Below are positions 18,928 through 30,370 of a DNA stretch of 62,545 nucleotides, in pieces. The notes beneath the pieces were generated by a model. The model worked only from the letters and a program-made list of their open reading frames with translations. It was not told where the DNA came from and did no database searches. Source of the stretch: Spirochaetia bacterium. Lineage in GTDB: Bacteria > Spirochaetota > Spirochaetia > CADAEX01. Both the position numbers and the translations under genes were made by a program. Each line of letters begins with the position of its first letter. Position 1 is the stretch's first letter. Location of the stretch: the NCBI GenBank assembly GCA_963662265.2, contig CAXXHA010000041.1, positions 1 through 62,545 on the forward strand. Reading direction: 5' to 3'.

Positions 18928-20211
18928 ATGGATGTTTTGAAACAGATACTTAAATATGAAGTATTTCCAGCCCTGGGCTGTACAGAGCCAATTGCTGTCG
19001 CGTTTGCATCTTCAACAGCCGGTAAAGAACTCACTGGTGAAATAACCGATGTTGAAATAATTACAGACGCAGGTGTCTATAAAAACGGATTTGCTGTAAC
19101 TGTTCCCAATACAGGTGGTGAAAAGGGTAATCTCATTGCAGGGATAATCGGTGCAATGATAGGAAAACCGCAGCTCAAGATGGAAATTCTTGAAGAGACA
19201 ACTGAAGATTATATCAAAAAAGCAAAAGATATGATCAGAAACAGGCAGGCAAGGATCAATTATGACAAGTCAAAATCAGATCTCTATATTGATGTGACAG
19301 TCAAGGCTGAAAGCGGAACTGCCAGGGCAGTTATTGAAAAATCCCATACAAATATAGTCCTGATTGAAAAAGACGGAAAGACTGTTTTTGAAGCTGAGAA
19401 AAGTGAAGAAAAGTGCGAAACATCATATAAAGATGAACTCAGGAAAATGAAAATTGCAGATTTTATCGGAATAGCCGAGAATATTGACTCAGAACAGTAT
19501 GAATATATCAAGTCAGGCATAGATATGAACCTGAGGATTGCAGAGGCAGGCCTTGAAATTAAGAAAGTCGGATATTATATTTCTACACTCAAGGAAAAAG
19601 GGCTTGTTGCGGAAGATGTATTTACAATAAGCAAGATAACATCTGCTGCTGCATCAGATGCGAGAATGGCTGGGCTTAACTATCCTGTTATGGCAAGCGG
19701 AGGAAGCGGGAACCAGGGGATTGTTGCTATCCTTGTACCCTATATTTTCGGATCAGAATATAAAATAGCAGAAGAGACAATTGTAAAGAGCATAACACTT
19801 TCCCACCTGGTCAACAGTTATATCAAGTGCTATACAGGACAGCTTTCACCCCTCTGCGGATGCGCTATTGCAGCAGGAGTAGGGGCAGCTGTAGCTATGG
19901 TATATCAGACATGCGGTGCAGATATGGACAAGATAACACTTGCGGTAAACAACCTCATAAGCGATCTTGGGGGGATGCTTTGTGACGGTGCAAAGGGTGG
20001 ATGTGCCCTTAAAGTTGCTAGTTCAGCCGATTCTGCTGTCAGAAGCGCATACATGGCTATGAACAATCACGGAATTACTTTTTCAGACGGTTTTGTCGGT
20101 AAGACAGCGGAGGAGACAATTCTTCACCTCAGCGAAATCAGCAAGCTCGGTATGTCGGGAGTAGACAATACCATGCTTGATATCATGGTTGAGAAGAGTC
20201 ACAGGGCGTGA
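18928..20211 (+). CDS. L-cysteine desulfidase family protein (CyuA/YhaM, serine dehydratase alpha-like)
   Basis: PALGCTEP, DARMAG, GSGNQG, LSPLCGC, GMLCDGAKGGCALK. Confidence 0.88.
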   Translation: MDVLKQILKYEVFPALGCTEPIAVAFASSTAGKELTGEITDVEIITDAGVYKNGFAVTVPNTGGEKGNLIAGIIGAMIGKPQLKMEILEETTEDYIKKAKDMIRNRQARINYDKSKSDLYIDVTVKAESGTARAVIEKSHTNIVLIEKDGKTVFEAEKSEEKCETSYKDELRKMKIADFIGIAENIDSEQYEYIKSGIDMNLRIAEAGLEIKKVGYYISTLKEKGLVAEDVFTISKITSAAASDARMAGLNYPVMASGGSGNQGIVAILVPYIFGSEYKIAEETIVKSITLSHLVNSYIKCYTGQLSPLCGCAIAAGVGAAVAMVYQTCGADMDKITLAVNNLISDLGGMLCDGAKGGCALKVASSADSAVRSAYMAMNNHGITFSDGFVGKTAEETILHLSEISKLGMSGVDNTMLDIMVEKSHRA

Positions 20212-20480
20212 TATCAATAAATATTTAAAATACTGTAACTGAATTAATATTGAACTCAAAAAAGTGGTTTTTAATTAATATTACAATGTTGATCTATAAA
20301 CCTTGTTTATTTGTATTTATTTAGATATTATACTAAATAAATAAATTTATTTAGTATAATCTTTCATGTATTTTAATCATTTCTAATTTTTCAAATTAAT
20401 AATTATCATCATATATGATCATGAGCTACTTGGGTTTTTTTGCAAATTTATCACCGGGATAGAACCGGAAAGGAGTAGTT

Positions 20481-20753
20481 GTGACTACGCAAATATATGT
20501 TGGTAATATGAATTACACAGTAGAAGAGGTTGATTTAGGGGAACTCTTTGAACAATATGGCACAGTTAATAGTGTGCGAATAATATCAAACCGAAAAAAT
20601 ACAAAATCCAAAGGTTTTGGATTTGTTGAAATGGAAGACAATGAAGAAGCAAAACAAGCTATTCGAGCCCTTAATGAAGCATTATGGAAGGATCGGGAAA
20701 TTGTTGTTAATGTAGCCCGGGCAAGAATTGAGAGATTTTATTACAGTTATTAA
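20481..20753 (+). CDS. RRM RNA-binding protein
   Basis: RNP2 IYVGNM, RNP1 KGFGFVEM; GTG start with SD AGGAG. Confidence 0.92.
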   Translation: MTTQIYVGNMNYTVEEVDLGELFEQYGTVNSVRIISNRKNTKSKGFGFVEMEDNEEAKQAIRALNEALWKDREIVVNVARARIERFYYSY

Positions 20754-20773
20754 TTTATTGTATGGATATTCAC

Positions 20774-20795
20774 AGCCGACGTAGTCGGCTTTTTT
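20774..20795 (+). terminator. Intrinsic terminator
   Basis: AGCCGAC-GTA-GTCGGCT plus T-run. Confidence 0.65.
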
Positions 20796-20817
20796 ACTAA
20801 TCAGGAGACAATCAAAA

Positions 20818-20967
20818 ATGGGTAAAGACAATTATTCTTATGCGAAACGACAACAGGAACTTAAGAAAATAAAAAAGAGACAGGAAAAGATGCTGAAAAA
20901 ACAGGAAAAAAGATTACAGAAGAAGAATGATGCAGATCTTCTACCTGAAGAAAATGTTGAAAAATAA
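20818..20967 (+). CDS. Small Lys-rich protein (49 aa, absent from the ORF track)
   Basis: MGKDNYSYAKRQQELKKIKKRQEKMLKKQEKRLQKKNDADLLPEENVEK; SD AGGAG. Confidence 0.65.
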   Translation: MGKDNYSYAKRQQELKKIKKRQEKMLKKQEKRLQKKNDADLLPEENVEK

Positions 20968-21224
20968 TCAATATATATTAAATATTGATAAAGGGGATCT
21001 CCACCTATTGAATAAGTCTGTTAAATGATATATGGTCTTTTGAACGCTTAAGTACAGTTTTTTTTTAATTATATGTTGAATTAGTTGCTATTTGTAATAA
21101 TGATCTAATCCATTCGGTTTTGTCCTTTTTTCATCTTCAATTTATCAGCCTTAATAATCAAGAATAATCTTACTTACTTGTTACAGAATATTAAATCGGA
21201 AAAAATCCGGGACAAGGAGTAATT

Positions 21225-21506
21225 ATGTCAAAAAATATTTATGTGGGAAATATCAGTTTCAATGCTCAGGAGCATGATCTTGAAAAGATCTTTGCGCAGT
21301 ATGGGGAAGTTGTTAGTGTAAAAATTATCGAAGATAAATACACAAATCAGTCAAAAGGGTTTGGATTCGTTGAGATGACGGAAGAAGATGCTGCAACAGC
21401 TGCAATATCAGCTCTAAACGGATCAGAATTAATGAACCGTGAATTGAGAGTCAATGAAGCAAAAGAACGAAATGACAATTCTCGTAATAATAGCTACAGA
21501 TATTAA
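21225..21506 (+). CDS. RRM RNA-binding protein
   Basis: IYVGNI, KGFGFVEM, RELRVNEA; SD AAGGAG. Confidence 0.94.
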   Translation: MSKNIYVGNISFNAQEHDLEKIFAQYGEVVSVKIIEDKYTNQSKGFGFVEMTEEDAATAAISALNGSELMNRELRVNEAKERNDNSRNNSYRY

Positions 21507-21518
21507 AAAAGAACATTT

Positions 21519-21549
21519 AAAAGCTGTTCATATCATGTGAACAGCTTTT
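21519..21549 (+). terminator. Intrinsic terminator, possibly bidirectional
   Basis: AAAAGCTGTTCA...TGAACAGCTTTT. Confidence 0.7.
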
Positions 21550-21752
21550 ATACGATCTTTGTTCCCAAGCCTTTTATATCCCGTAATAAAAGACTATGGA
21601 GATTATTTATTAAAACAGTAAATAATCCCATGTTCTTATCAATCACCAGCTGGTTTCCAATACAGATTTCTTAAAGTATCACTAACGTGAAATAAATAAT
21701 AAAATAGTAAAAAAAAGTCTTTAAAGTTGATTTTTAATATTATTTGTTAAAA

Positions 21753-22097
21753 TTAACTCCTGCTTATAAAAAACACTCCTAAGCAAATTAGTGATATGCC
21801 AATGATTTTAAAAAATGTAACCGGTTCAGATAAAAAAAATGCTGAGGCAATTATAACTCCGACATAAGCTATACTTGAAGAGGGATAAGCTATGCTTAGG
21901 GGCAGAATACTAAGCACACCTAACCAGAAAATAAAACCTGCCACATAGCATAAACCACCGATTAATAAAAAATAATTACTGATAATACTTTTAAAAGTCA
22001 TTGCCTCATTATGAAGCATCCCTTTTTTCATCAATATCTGGCCACAGATTGTAAAGGAGACTGTAATCAGTATCAAAAAAAAGCCTTTCCAATTCAA
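21753..22097 (-). CDS. Small 4-TM EamA/SMR (ArnE/F-like) membrane protein
   Basis: GQILMKKG, LPLSIAYP, FLSEPV, KIIGI; likely TTG start after GAGG. Confidence 0.8.
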   Translation of the reverse strand: MNWKGFFLILITVSFTICGQILMKKGMLHNEAMTFKSIISNYFLLIGGLCYVAGFIFWLGVLSILPLSIAYPSSSIAYVGVIIASAFFLSEPVTFFKIIGISLICLGVFFISRS

Positions 22098-22456
22098 TAT
22101 TAATACCTCTTGTGTTAGATGAGTTGAAAAGAGAAAAATTCCTGTTTTCTTCATCTATCTATAATATTATATGTTTTATTTTTGCTTATGTCTGCTGAAA
22201 ATATTGTTACCAGTACTTTTCACAGTAGAAATCATTATTTAAATTATTTCGTCTACTACGAAAAATAATAAATATTGACCAGGATAATGTGTTTTTATAA
22301 TAAGAGGGGATAGTATTTATACTATACCGTTTTTACATATGTTTTACATTGCTTGTTTGCATAACGTTTAGACCTGCCTTATAATTTATTAAAAAATAGA
22401 GTTTTATGGCTTTTCAGAAATTTATACTTCTTTTCCCACTATAAAAAGGATTTAAA

Positions 22457-25400
22457 ATGATACAGACAACAGATAGCTTTTATCTTGGTCTTGATATTGG
22501 TTCAGAAACTGTCCACTGCGTTCTGATTGATGAAAACAAAAAGGTTGTTTATTCTCCTGATTCCCTTATGCACTTCGGAAATCCCCTGGAAGCAGTTATC
22601 GAGGTTTATGATGATGTTCTGAGTATCGTCTCTTCTGATGCAATAAAAGCTGTTTCTTATACAGGATCGCTCGCCAGGATAGCCGCAGAAAAAACATCAT
22701 GTCCTTTTTACTTTGATACACTCTCTGTTTCTGCAGGAGCAGAGATAATAGCGCCTGAGTGTGAATACCTTATACATGTGGGGGCAAAAGATCCATACTT
22801 TTTCGAAAGAGAAAAAACCGGCAGTAATAGGGGCAGTTTTTTTATTTCTGACCACGGAACAGGAACAAAATGCGGCGGCGGAAGCGGAATTCTTATCAAT
22901 AAACAGGTCCGAAGGTTTTTTTCAGATGAAATAAAAGAAAAACTCCTCCCTTCTGATATTTCATCATCAGATCAGAGAAAACAATTAAGAATAAACAGAA
23001 ATATAATGCAGCACCAGGTTGAAGAGATGCACCTTAAAGCTGCAGAAACAATATTGCTGTCAGATAAAGTTCTTAATGTGGGGGGGGCGGTGCGGTGTCA
23101 TTATTCAGTCTGATATGATACATATGCAGAACAGCGGCGAGCAGATTAGAAACATTCTTAAAGGGATGTATGAGAGAATTGCGGCAAATTACAGAAGCGA
23201 TGTTATTAGGATGCGGACACTTGACGGAATGAAAAAAACCGCAGCTACCGGAGGTGTTTTTCTTAACAGATATCTTGCAGATATTTTTTCAAGGGAACTT
23301 GGTCTTGATATTACTCTTCCTCCAAACTGCGAAAAAATCGGAGCTGCGGGAGCAGCCCTTCTAGCGCTCAAAGAAAAGAAAGAATCATCTCTTGATGTTG
23401 AAAAGCTGGAACTTGTAAAAGAGGCTGAGATTGAAAAAATCAAGTTTGCACCTCCGCTTTCAAGTGCACTTCCCCTTGTACATGTTTATGAGGATGAAAA
23501 AGCCTTATATTCTACAGACGGAGGCCTTACTGTTTTTAAAAAACCGGATGGACTCTGCAGTGTAGTAATAGGGATTGACGGCGGTTCAACTACAACAAAG
23601 GCTCTTATCGCGGATTCCTCGACCATGGAGATATTTGCTGAAATATGTATTGATACAGACGGGAAACCGCTTGAAACAGCACAGAAAATATTCAGGGAAA
23701 TACAAAATACCTATAATGACAAATTTGATATCAGGGGGGTCTGCTATACCGGTTCTTCAGGCCAGTTCTACCACCGGCTTTTTACAGATTTTTCAAAACC
23801 AGCCGGCACCAGATCTACAGATATCGTTAAAGATGAAATTACCTGTCACGCAGAGGGAGTGCGTTTTTTTAATAATGATGTTGATACTATTTTTGAATGC
23901 GGCGGGCAGGATGCGAAATTTACAGTTTTTAATCCGGACGGTACAGTCAAGAAAGCAAAGATGAATCTTTCTTGCATGGCAGGTACCGGCCAGTCAATGA
24001 AAAACATGATTGATATGCTGGGGCTTGATTTCAGGACATTTAAGAATTATGCTCTTGCAGCGGAAAGAACACCTGTTACAGATGAGATGTGCGCTATTTT
24101 TACTGAAGCTGATATTTTAAAGCTTGTTGCACTGGGCTTTCCTCTGGAAGAAGTTGCAGCCGCGACTGCATACGGCTTCATGGGCGGCTATGCAAACAAG
24201 TTTGTTGGAAATGAAAAATTCGGTAAACTGGCATCTGCCCAGGGCGGGCCGTTCAGGGGAAAAGAATGCCTTGCAGCTCTTGCTCTTCATACAGGAACAG
24301 AGGTTCATGCTTTTCCTCACAGGCAGCTGTTCGGAGCGATGGGGGCGGCCCTTATTGCCTATAATAATATTAAAAAAATTGAAGCAGAAGGGAAAAAGAG
24401 CTTATGCAGATTCAGGGGATTTAAAGTTGCAGATATTGAGTTTGAAAAAATAAATGAAGACTGCAGCAACATAATACCTGACTCCTGCGGGATCAGGGAC
24501 TGCCGACTTCAGGTTTATAAGATTGGTGATGAAATGGTTTTTTCTGGTGGGCTCTGCCCGAAAGGAAATACTCAAGGGTCTGCCAAAAAAGCTCCTGATT
24601 ATATAGGCCTGTATAAAAAAGAGCTGGATAAAGAACTTTCCAAATATTCATCCCCACCAGAGAAACTCCTTCCCGATGAGTTGCCTGCTGTTTATATACC
24701 TCGATCGCTTCATTTTATGAATGGAAGAGGGGTGTTCCTTGTATCGCTTTATAATTATCTGGGCTTCAGGGTTTTTCTTTCTCCTGAGTCTGATGATAAC
24801 ATCGCCTCCCTTGGTATCAAGCATTCACATTCAGAATCGTGTTATCCATCCAAGCTTCATTATGGACATACAGCTTATCTCAAACAATTCATAAGGCATG
24901 GAAAAGACAAAATTCTGCTTGTCAATTATCTCGGCTGCGGCGAGGAAGGTGCTCCACAGAACCAGTCCAAAACCTGCCCTTATGTGTCAGGTGCTGGATT
25001 TGCAGCAAAAGACGCGCTTAAAATTGATTCATCCGATTCCCTTCTTCCTGTGCTTTTCTTTAATGACAGGATCTATAAGCTGGAGGATGATATTCTCACT
25101 GACCTTGAGAGGGTATTCGGCAAAACTGATATAATGAAGTATCTGACCAAAAAAAATATAGCGGGGGCTGTCAATAAAGCTTTGAAAGCTCAAAGTGATT
25201 TTAATAATAAAATCCACAGCATGGGATCTGAGATTGTTGATAAACTCAAGAAAAAAGGTGAAAAGATTTTTCTCGGAATAGGACGAGGCTATACAATTTT
25301 TGATAATATGGCAAGTTCAAAAATCCATGAGCTTTTTATTGTAAACGGTCTTCACTTTATCCCCTGCTTCTTTTTAAAGCAGCCTGATTATAATTTTTCA

Positions 25401-27012
25401 AAAATTGTAAGGCATATGTACTGGTTCCAGGGGCGGGAAATGACCCGTTACAATATAATGGCAGCTGTTGATGAGTATATGTACGGAGTCAGGGAAACTA
25501 ATTTCAACTGCGGCCCTGATGCAATGCTTTCCTATCATGAAACAAGAATTTTTGATATTGCAGACAAGCCCTATCTAACGCTCCAGACAGACGGTCACAA
25601 CAGCAATGCCCAGTTCGGCACACGAGCAATGGCTAATTTTGAGGTTGTGAAAAACCATAAAGCCAGGCATGTAAAGCTTAAAGAGCTTGAGACTGTTTTT
25701 GAAAACACTGATGATTTGAAAGAAAGGCTTCTTGGAATACCTGATATGGGTACAGAATCGGCTGAAATGCTTGTCGCAGTTTTCAGTTCAGCCGGATACA
25801 GGGCTGAAGTCATGCCGACAAAAACCCCTGAATCAGAAGCGTATGCCAGAAAATATCTGATAACAAACAACTGTCTGCCTATGCATATTCTTTTCGGTGA
25901 TGTTTTTTGCCTGGATCTACTCTAAGCAGGGAGAAGGGCTGGATCCAAATAAAGATCTTGCAGTATTTATTCCGATGGCGGGGGGACCCTGCCGGCTTGG
26001 ACAGTATCATATTATTGTAAAACAGTTTCTTGATGAATGTTATTTCAATAATGTGATGATAGTAAATCCTGCAGCTTACCTTGACTGGGAAAATCTGCCG
26101 GTTTCTGTACGTGAAAGAAGCATAATAAGGCGGAATCTTGCCAAGGCATCAATAGCTTCCGATGTTCTGATGAATGCACAGCTCAGCCTCAGGCCATATG
26201 AAATCGTTAAGGGTTCAACAGATGCGTTTTTTTCTGATATCAGGAAAGAATTTCTGAAAATAGTAGAAGAAGGCTGTGATTTTAAAAAACTGAAAGCATT
26301 TATGAAAAAATCTTCCAAAAGGTGCAGGGAAATTGATGTGAATATCAGCAGGCGGTTTCCTCTGGTAAGTATTTTCGGTGAAATTTATGTGAGAAGCCAT
26401 AAAGGGGCGAATGAAGACTCTATTGCCAAGCTTGAATCGTTTAATCTTGAAGTAGTGCCGCGACTTCTTGCTGATATGTTTGAATATGTAAACAAGATGC
26501 AGCGAGCTGCGTACTGGAAAGAGAAAAGATACATGCTCTGGGCAGGAGCACTTGTCAAGGGATTTTACATGATGAAGGTTGAAAAAGGGATTTCCATATA
26601 TTTCAGTGATATCCTTTCCCACCGCCGCTTTCGCCGTCCGATTGACCTATATAATGAATTAAGGGCGCAAAATATATTTGATGTCAGGATAAAAGGGGAA
26701 GCTGGAATTTCAATTGGTATTACCAATGACTTTATAAATAATAATTCTGAAGGAATAAGCGGTGTTTACCAGCTTGAGCCATTCGGCTGTATGCAGGAAT
26801 GTGTTGCAGCTTCAAAAATACAGTCGCTCATTGATATTAAAAAACAGAATGAAAAAAAGCCTTCAAAAAGGGTTATACCGTATTTGACAGGCGTTTTCGG
26901 AGATTCGGAGCTCTCAAATCTTGAGGCGGAAATGGCCATGTTCGCTGAAAAATGCCATGTCAGGCAGAAGCTTGAAGCGGCAGACAGGGGTAACCATCGA
27001 AGTAATTTTTAA
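22457..27012 (+). CDS. Large acyl-CoA dehydratase activase-like protein (two BadF/BcrAD ATPase domains plus a DUF2229-like region), split by two +1 homopolymer frameshifts
   Basis: GLDIGS, GIDGGSTTTK, DEITCH, ECGGQDAK, MNLSCMAGTG, FNCGPD, GGPCRLGQY, PFGCM; frames rejoin at G8 (23080-23087) and T6 (25903-25908). Confidence 0.85.
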
Positions 27013-27569
27013 TCATTATTGCTGCCGGTAGAAATAGCCTTATTATTTATCTCTGTTATAATTTGAGGAACAAATCTTTCTGAAAAACCGGACACAAAAC
27101 ACCAGAATAACAACTTCGCAAAATCCTGGCCGCTGTTTGGAACAGTCTCTTTTAAGAATGTTGGCAGATATTGCCACGGCAACTGGTTCTCTAATTTAGG
27201 CGGAATATAAAAGACAGGGAATAAACTGCCGCTCAGAAGATTTGAAAGAAATATCAAATAGAGAACAAATGCAAATACCCCACCATAAATCGGTATTAAT
27301 AGTATCTGGAACCATGAACCGGATAATAAAAGCAGTTCATTATCAGATATATTTTTTAATCTCTGCTGAATACTTACAAATCCTCCTACAATTCCACACA
27401 TCAGGCATAACCATGAGACCATTATCCGTGTGTTTTCAAGAAAAAACGGAACAGCAAAAATACCACCTATAATCAGGAGAGCGATACCAGTGGAAACTAT
27501 TAACCTGCGTGTAATCAGCATCACATATTTTCTGCGGTTTTCAATATCCAACTTTTTTAAAGAATCCAT
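27009..27569 (-). CDS. Hypothetical membrane protein
   Basis: Several TM segments, GGFVS and C-terminal SGFSERFVP; convergent, overlapping the activase stop. Confidence 0.7.
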   Translation of the reverse strand: MDSLKKLDIENRRKYVMLITRRLIVSTGIALLIIGGIFAVPFFLENTRIMVSWLCLMCGIVGGFVSIQQRLKNISDNELLLLSGSWFQILLIPIYGGVFAFVLYLIFLSNLLSGSLFPVFYIPPKLENQLPWQYLPTFLKETVPNSGQDFAKLLFWCFVSGFSERFVPQIITEINNKAISTGSNND

Positions 27570-27762
27570 ACAATACCTTCTTTATCAATATATTATAGTC
27601 CTAAAATTTGTAATTGCAAAAATAATAACAACCTCCTTTTTCCTGAATCTATTGTAGTTCATTATTTTTCGCATTATATTAATATTAGAAAGAATTCCCA
27701 TTGATTATCATGGTTTTGATTTGTAAATTCGTGTGAACAGGCTGAACAAGGGAGAAAGATGC

Positions 27763-28068
27763 ATGAGTGAAAAAACAGTTTATCGAAGTGAAAATGAAGT
27801 TGAAGACAAATTAGATGAACCGGGACACTACAGGGTCCTTCTCCATAACGATGATTATACTACTATGGATTTTGTTGTTGATATTCTGAAATCAATATTC
27901 AGGAAATCAATACCTGAGGCAAACAAGATAATGCTTGAAGTCCATAACAAGGGATATGGAGTGGTTGGAAGATATACTTATGATATTGCAGCTACAAAGA
28001 TAATCCAGGTTGAGAACAAAGCATCGCGGTCAGGCTATCCTCTCAGGTGCACAATGGAGAAAGAATAA
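27763..28068 (+). CDS. clpS: ATP-dependent Clp protease adaptor
   Basis: YRVLLHNDDYTTMDFVV, MLEVHNKG, YPLRCTME. Confidence 0.95.
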   Translation: MSEKTVYRSENEVEDKLDEPGHYRVLLHNDDYTTMDFVVDILKSIFRKSIPEANKIMLEVHNKGYGVVGRYTYDIAATKIIQVENKASRSGYPLRCTMEKE

Positions 28069-30338
28069 TGCAGATAAATGAAGAAGTGCAGATAATACTC
28101 AATGCTGCCTATGATGAAGCTATTGAAAGAAAACATGAATTTCTCACACCTGAACACATACTGTATACATCACTTTTTTTCAACAATGTCAGGGAAATCC
28201 TTGAAAAATGCGAAGTTAATCCTGATGATTTGAGGGATAAAATAAACTCATACCTTGACCGGGAAATCCCTCTTGTTGAAGAGGGAGAACCTGTCCAGAC
28301 TGTGGGGCTGCAGAATGTGATTGAAAGGGCTGTTTCCCATATCGAGCATTCATCCAAAAAGGAACTAACCTTTTCCGACCTCATCGTATCAATATATGAC
28401 CAGAAAAACAGCTACGGTTCTTATTTTATGAAAAAGCTCGGCCTTACAAGGCTTGAACTTCTTAAAGTTGTTTCCCAGTATAAATCCTCATCAGATACAG
28501 CAGATATTGAATCTGAAGATTTATCTGATGCGGAATCGACAACTGACTCTGACAGCAGCAAAGAGAAAAAAGGTTTTCTTGAAAAATATACTTCCGAGCT
28601 TACTGCCCTTGCAGGGGAGGGGGAGCTTGATCCTCTTATCGGAAGGACTGAAATCAGCGAAAGAATTATACAGGTCCTCTGCAGGAGATTAAAAAACAAT
28701 CCTGTTCTTGTCGGGGATCCGGGAGTAGGCAAGACTGCTATGGCTGAAGGGCTTGCGATGAGGATTGCGGACGGAGATGTTCCTGATTTTCTGAAAGATT
28801 ACTCTATTCATAAACTTGAAGTGGGCAGTCTTGTGGCAGGGACAAAATACAGGGGCGATTTTGAAGACAGGATAAAGAAGATTATCAGGGAACTTGAAAA
28901 GAAAAAGAAGGTTATTCTCTTTATCGATGAAATTCATACAATTGTCGGGGCTGGTTCTGTATCAGGCGGAAGTCTTGATGCTTCAAACCTCCTTAAACCT
29001 GCGTTATCATCAGGTAAAATCAGGTGTATGGGTTCCACTACTTATGATGAACATAAGAAAATATTTGAAAAAGACAGGGCACTTGCAAGAAGATTTCAGA
29101 AAATTGATATTCCGGAGCCCTCGCCAACTGAAACAGAGGAAATCCTTTTCGGGCTTAAAGACAAGTATGAATCATATCATGATGTTTCATATACAGATGA
29201 TGCCTTAAAAGCAGCTGTTAAGCTTTCAAACCAGTTTATAAACGAAAGATTCCTTCCGGACAAGGCGATAGATGTTATTGATGAGGCAGGTGCATATGTA
29301 AAGCTTCTGAATTTCAAGAAAAAGGATGAAGTGAAATCCGTAAGCACAGTTGACGAGGCAATCATAGAAAAAATAGTTGCTGGAATTGCAAAGATCCCTG
29401 AAAAGAGTGTTTCCTCTTCAGAAAAAGGAAAGCTTCAGGTACTTGAAGCTGAGCTTAAGAAAGTTATCTTCGGGCAGGATTCTGCAATAGGAAATATAGT
29501 CCATGCTGTGAAACGGTCGAGAGCGGGATTTGCAGATCCGTCCCGGCCGGTTGCATCCTTTTTGTTTCTAGGCCCTACAGGGGTTGGGAAAACCGAAGTT
29601 TCCAGGCAGCTTGCAGATCTTATGTCTGTTCCCCTTATCCGTTTCGATATGAGCGAGTATCAGGAAAAGCATACTGTTGCCCGTCTTGTAGGAGCTCCTC
29701 CCGGATATGTGGGTTATGAAGAGGGGGGCCTGCTGACAGATGCTGTTATCAAGAATCCCCATGCTGTTCTTCTCCTTGATGAAATTGAGAAAGCTCATCA
29801 GGATATCTACAACATGCTGCTTCAGGTAATGGATTATGCGACACTTACAGATACTACGGGAAGAAAGGCTGACTTCAGGAATATTGTTCTGATAATGACA
29901 TCGAATGCGGGAGCAAGGGATATCAGTAAGTCAATAATAGGGTTCGGATCCGGCAGCATGGGAGATGCAGCTCTTGATATTGCTGTCGAAAAAACTTTTG
30001 CCCCTGAATTCAGGAACAGGCTTGATAAGATTGTAATCTTCAACAAGCTTGACAGAAAAATTGCTGAAAACATTGTCATGAAAGAGGCAGACCTTTTCAG
30101 GAAGCAGCTTTCAGAAAGAGATATTACTCTTGATATATCTGAGGATGCTGCTGTACTGATTGCAGAAAAGGGATATTCAGATGAGTTCGGAGCAAGAAAT
30201 ATTGCACGTGTCTTCAGGGAAGAGATAAAGGACAGGCTTATTGATACAGTACTGTTCGGTGATCTTCAGAACGGGGGTACTGCTTCTGTTGAAACTGAAG
30301 GCGGGGAACTTGTTATCAAGAGTTCCGGAATTTCATAG
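28068..30338 (+). CDS. clpA: ATP-dependent Clp protease ATP-binding subunit
   Basis: Two AAA+ modules (GDPGVGKT, GPTGVGKT), no long M-domain, TAATG coupling with clpS. Confidence 0.95.
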   Translation: MQINEEVQIILNAAYDEAIERKHEFLTPEHILYTSLFFNNVREILEKCEVNPDDLRDKINSYLDREIPLVEEGEPVQTVGLQNVIERAVSHIEHSSKKELTFSDLIVSIYDQKNSYGSYFMKKLGLTRLELLKVVSQYKSSSDTADIESEDLSDAESTTDSDSSKEKKGFLEKYTSELTALAGEGELDPLIGRTEISERIIQVLCRRLKNNPVLVGDPGVGKTAMAEGLAMRIADGDVPDFLKDYSIHKLEVGSLVAGTKYRGDFEDRIKKIIRELEKKKKVILFIDEIHTIVGAGSVSGGSLDASNLLKPALSSGKIRCMGSTTYDEHKKIFEKDRALARRFQKIDIPEPSPTETEEILFGLKDKYESYHDVSYTDDALKAAVKLSNQFINERFLPDKAIDVIDEAGAYVKLLNFKKKDEVKSVSTVDEAIIEKIVAGIAKIPEKSVSSSEKGKLQVLEAELKKVIFGQDSAIGNIVHAVKRSRAGFADPSRPVASFLFLGPTGVGKTEVSRQLADLMSVPLIRFDMSEYQEKHTVARLVGAPPGYVGYEEGGLLTDAVIKNPHAVLLLDEIEKAHQDIYNMLLQVMDYATLTDTTGRKADFRNIVLIMTSNAGARDISKSIIGFGSGSMGDAALDIAVEKTFAPEFRNRLDKIVIFNKLDRKIAENIVMKEADLFRKQLSERDITLDISEDAAVLIAEKGYSDEFGARNIARVFREEIKDRLIDTVLFGDLQNGGTASVETEGGELVIKSSGIS

Positions 30339-30370
30339 ATCAGCAATAAGGAATATTATACACTGGTAAA

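Noticed and set aside
20311-20338. dif site (TTATACTAAAT resembles the XerD arm)
   Set aside because: No XerC arm at the 6-bp spacing; part of a simple AT palindrome
23080-25908. Activase as three genes or a pseudogene
   Set aside because: Removing one base from each homopolymer restores continuous motifs, and there are no internal stops otherwise
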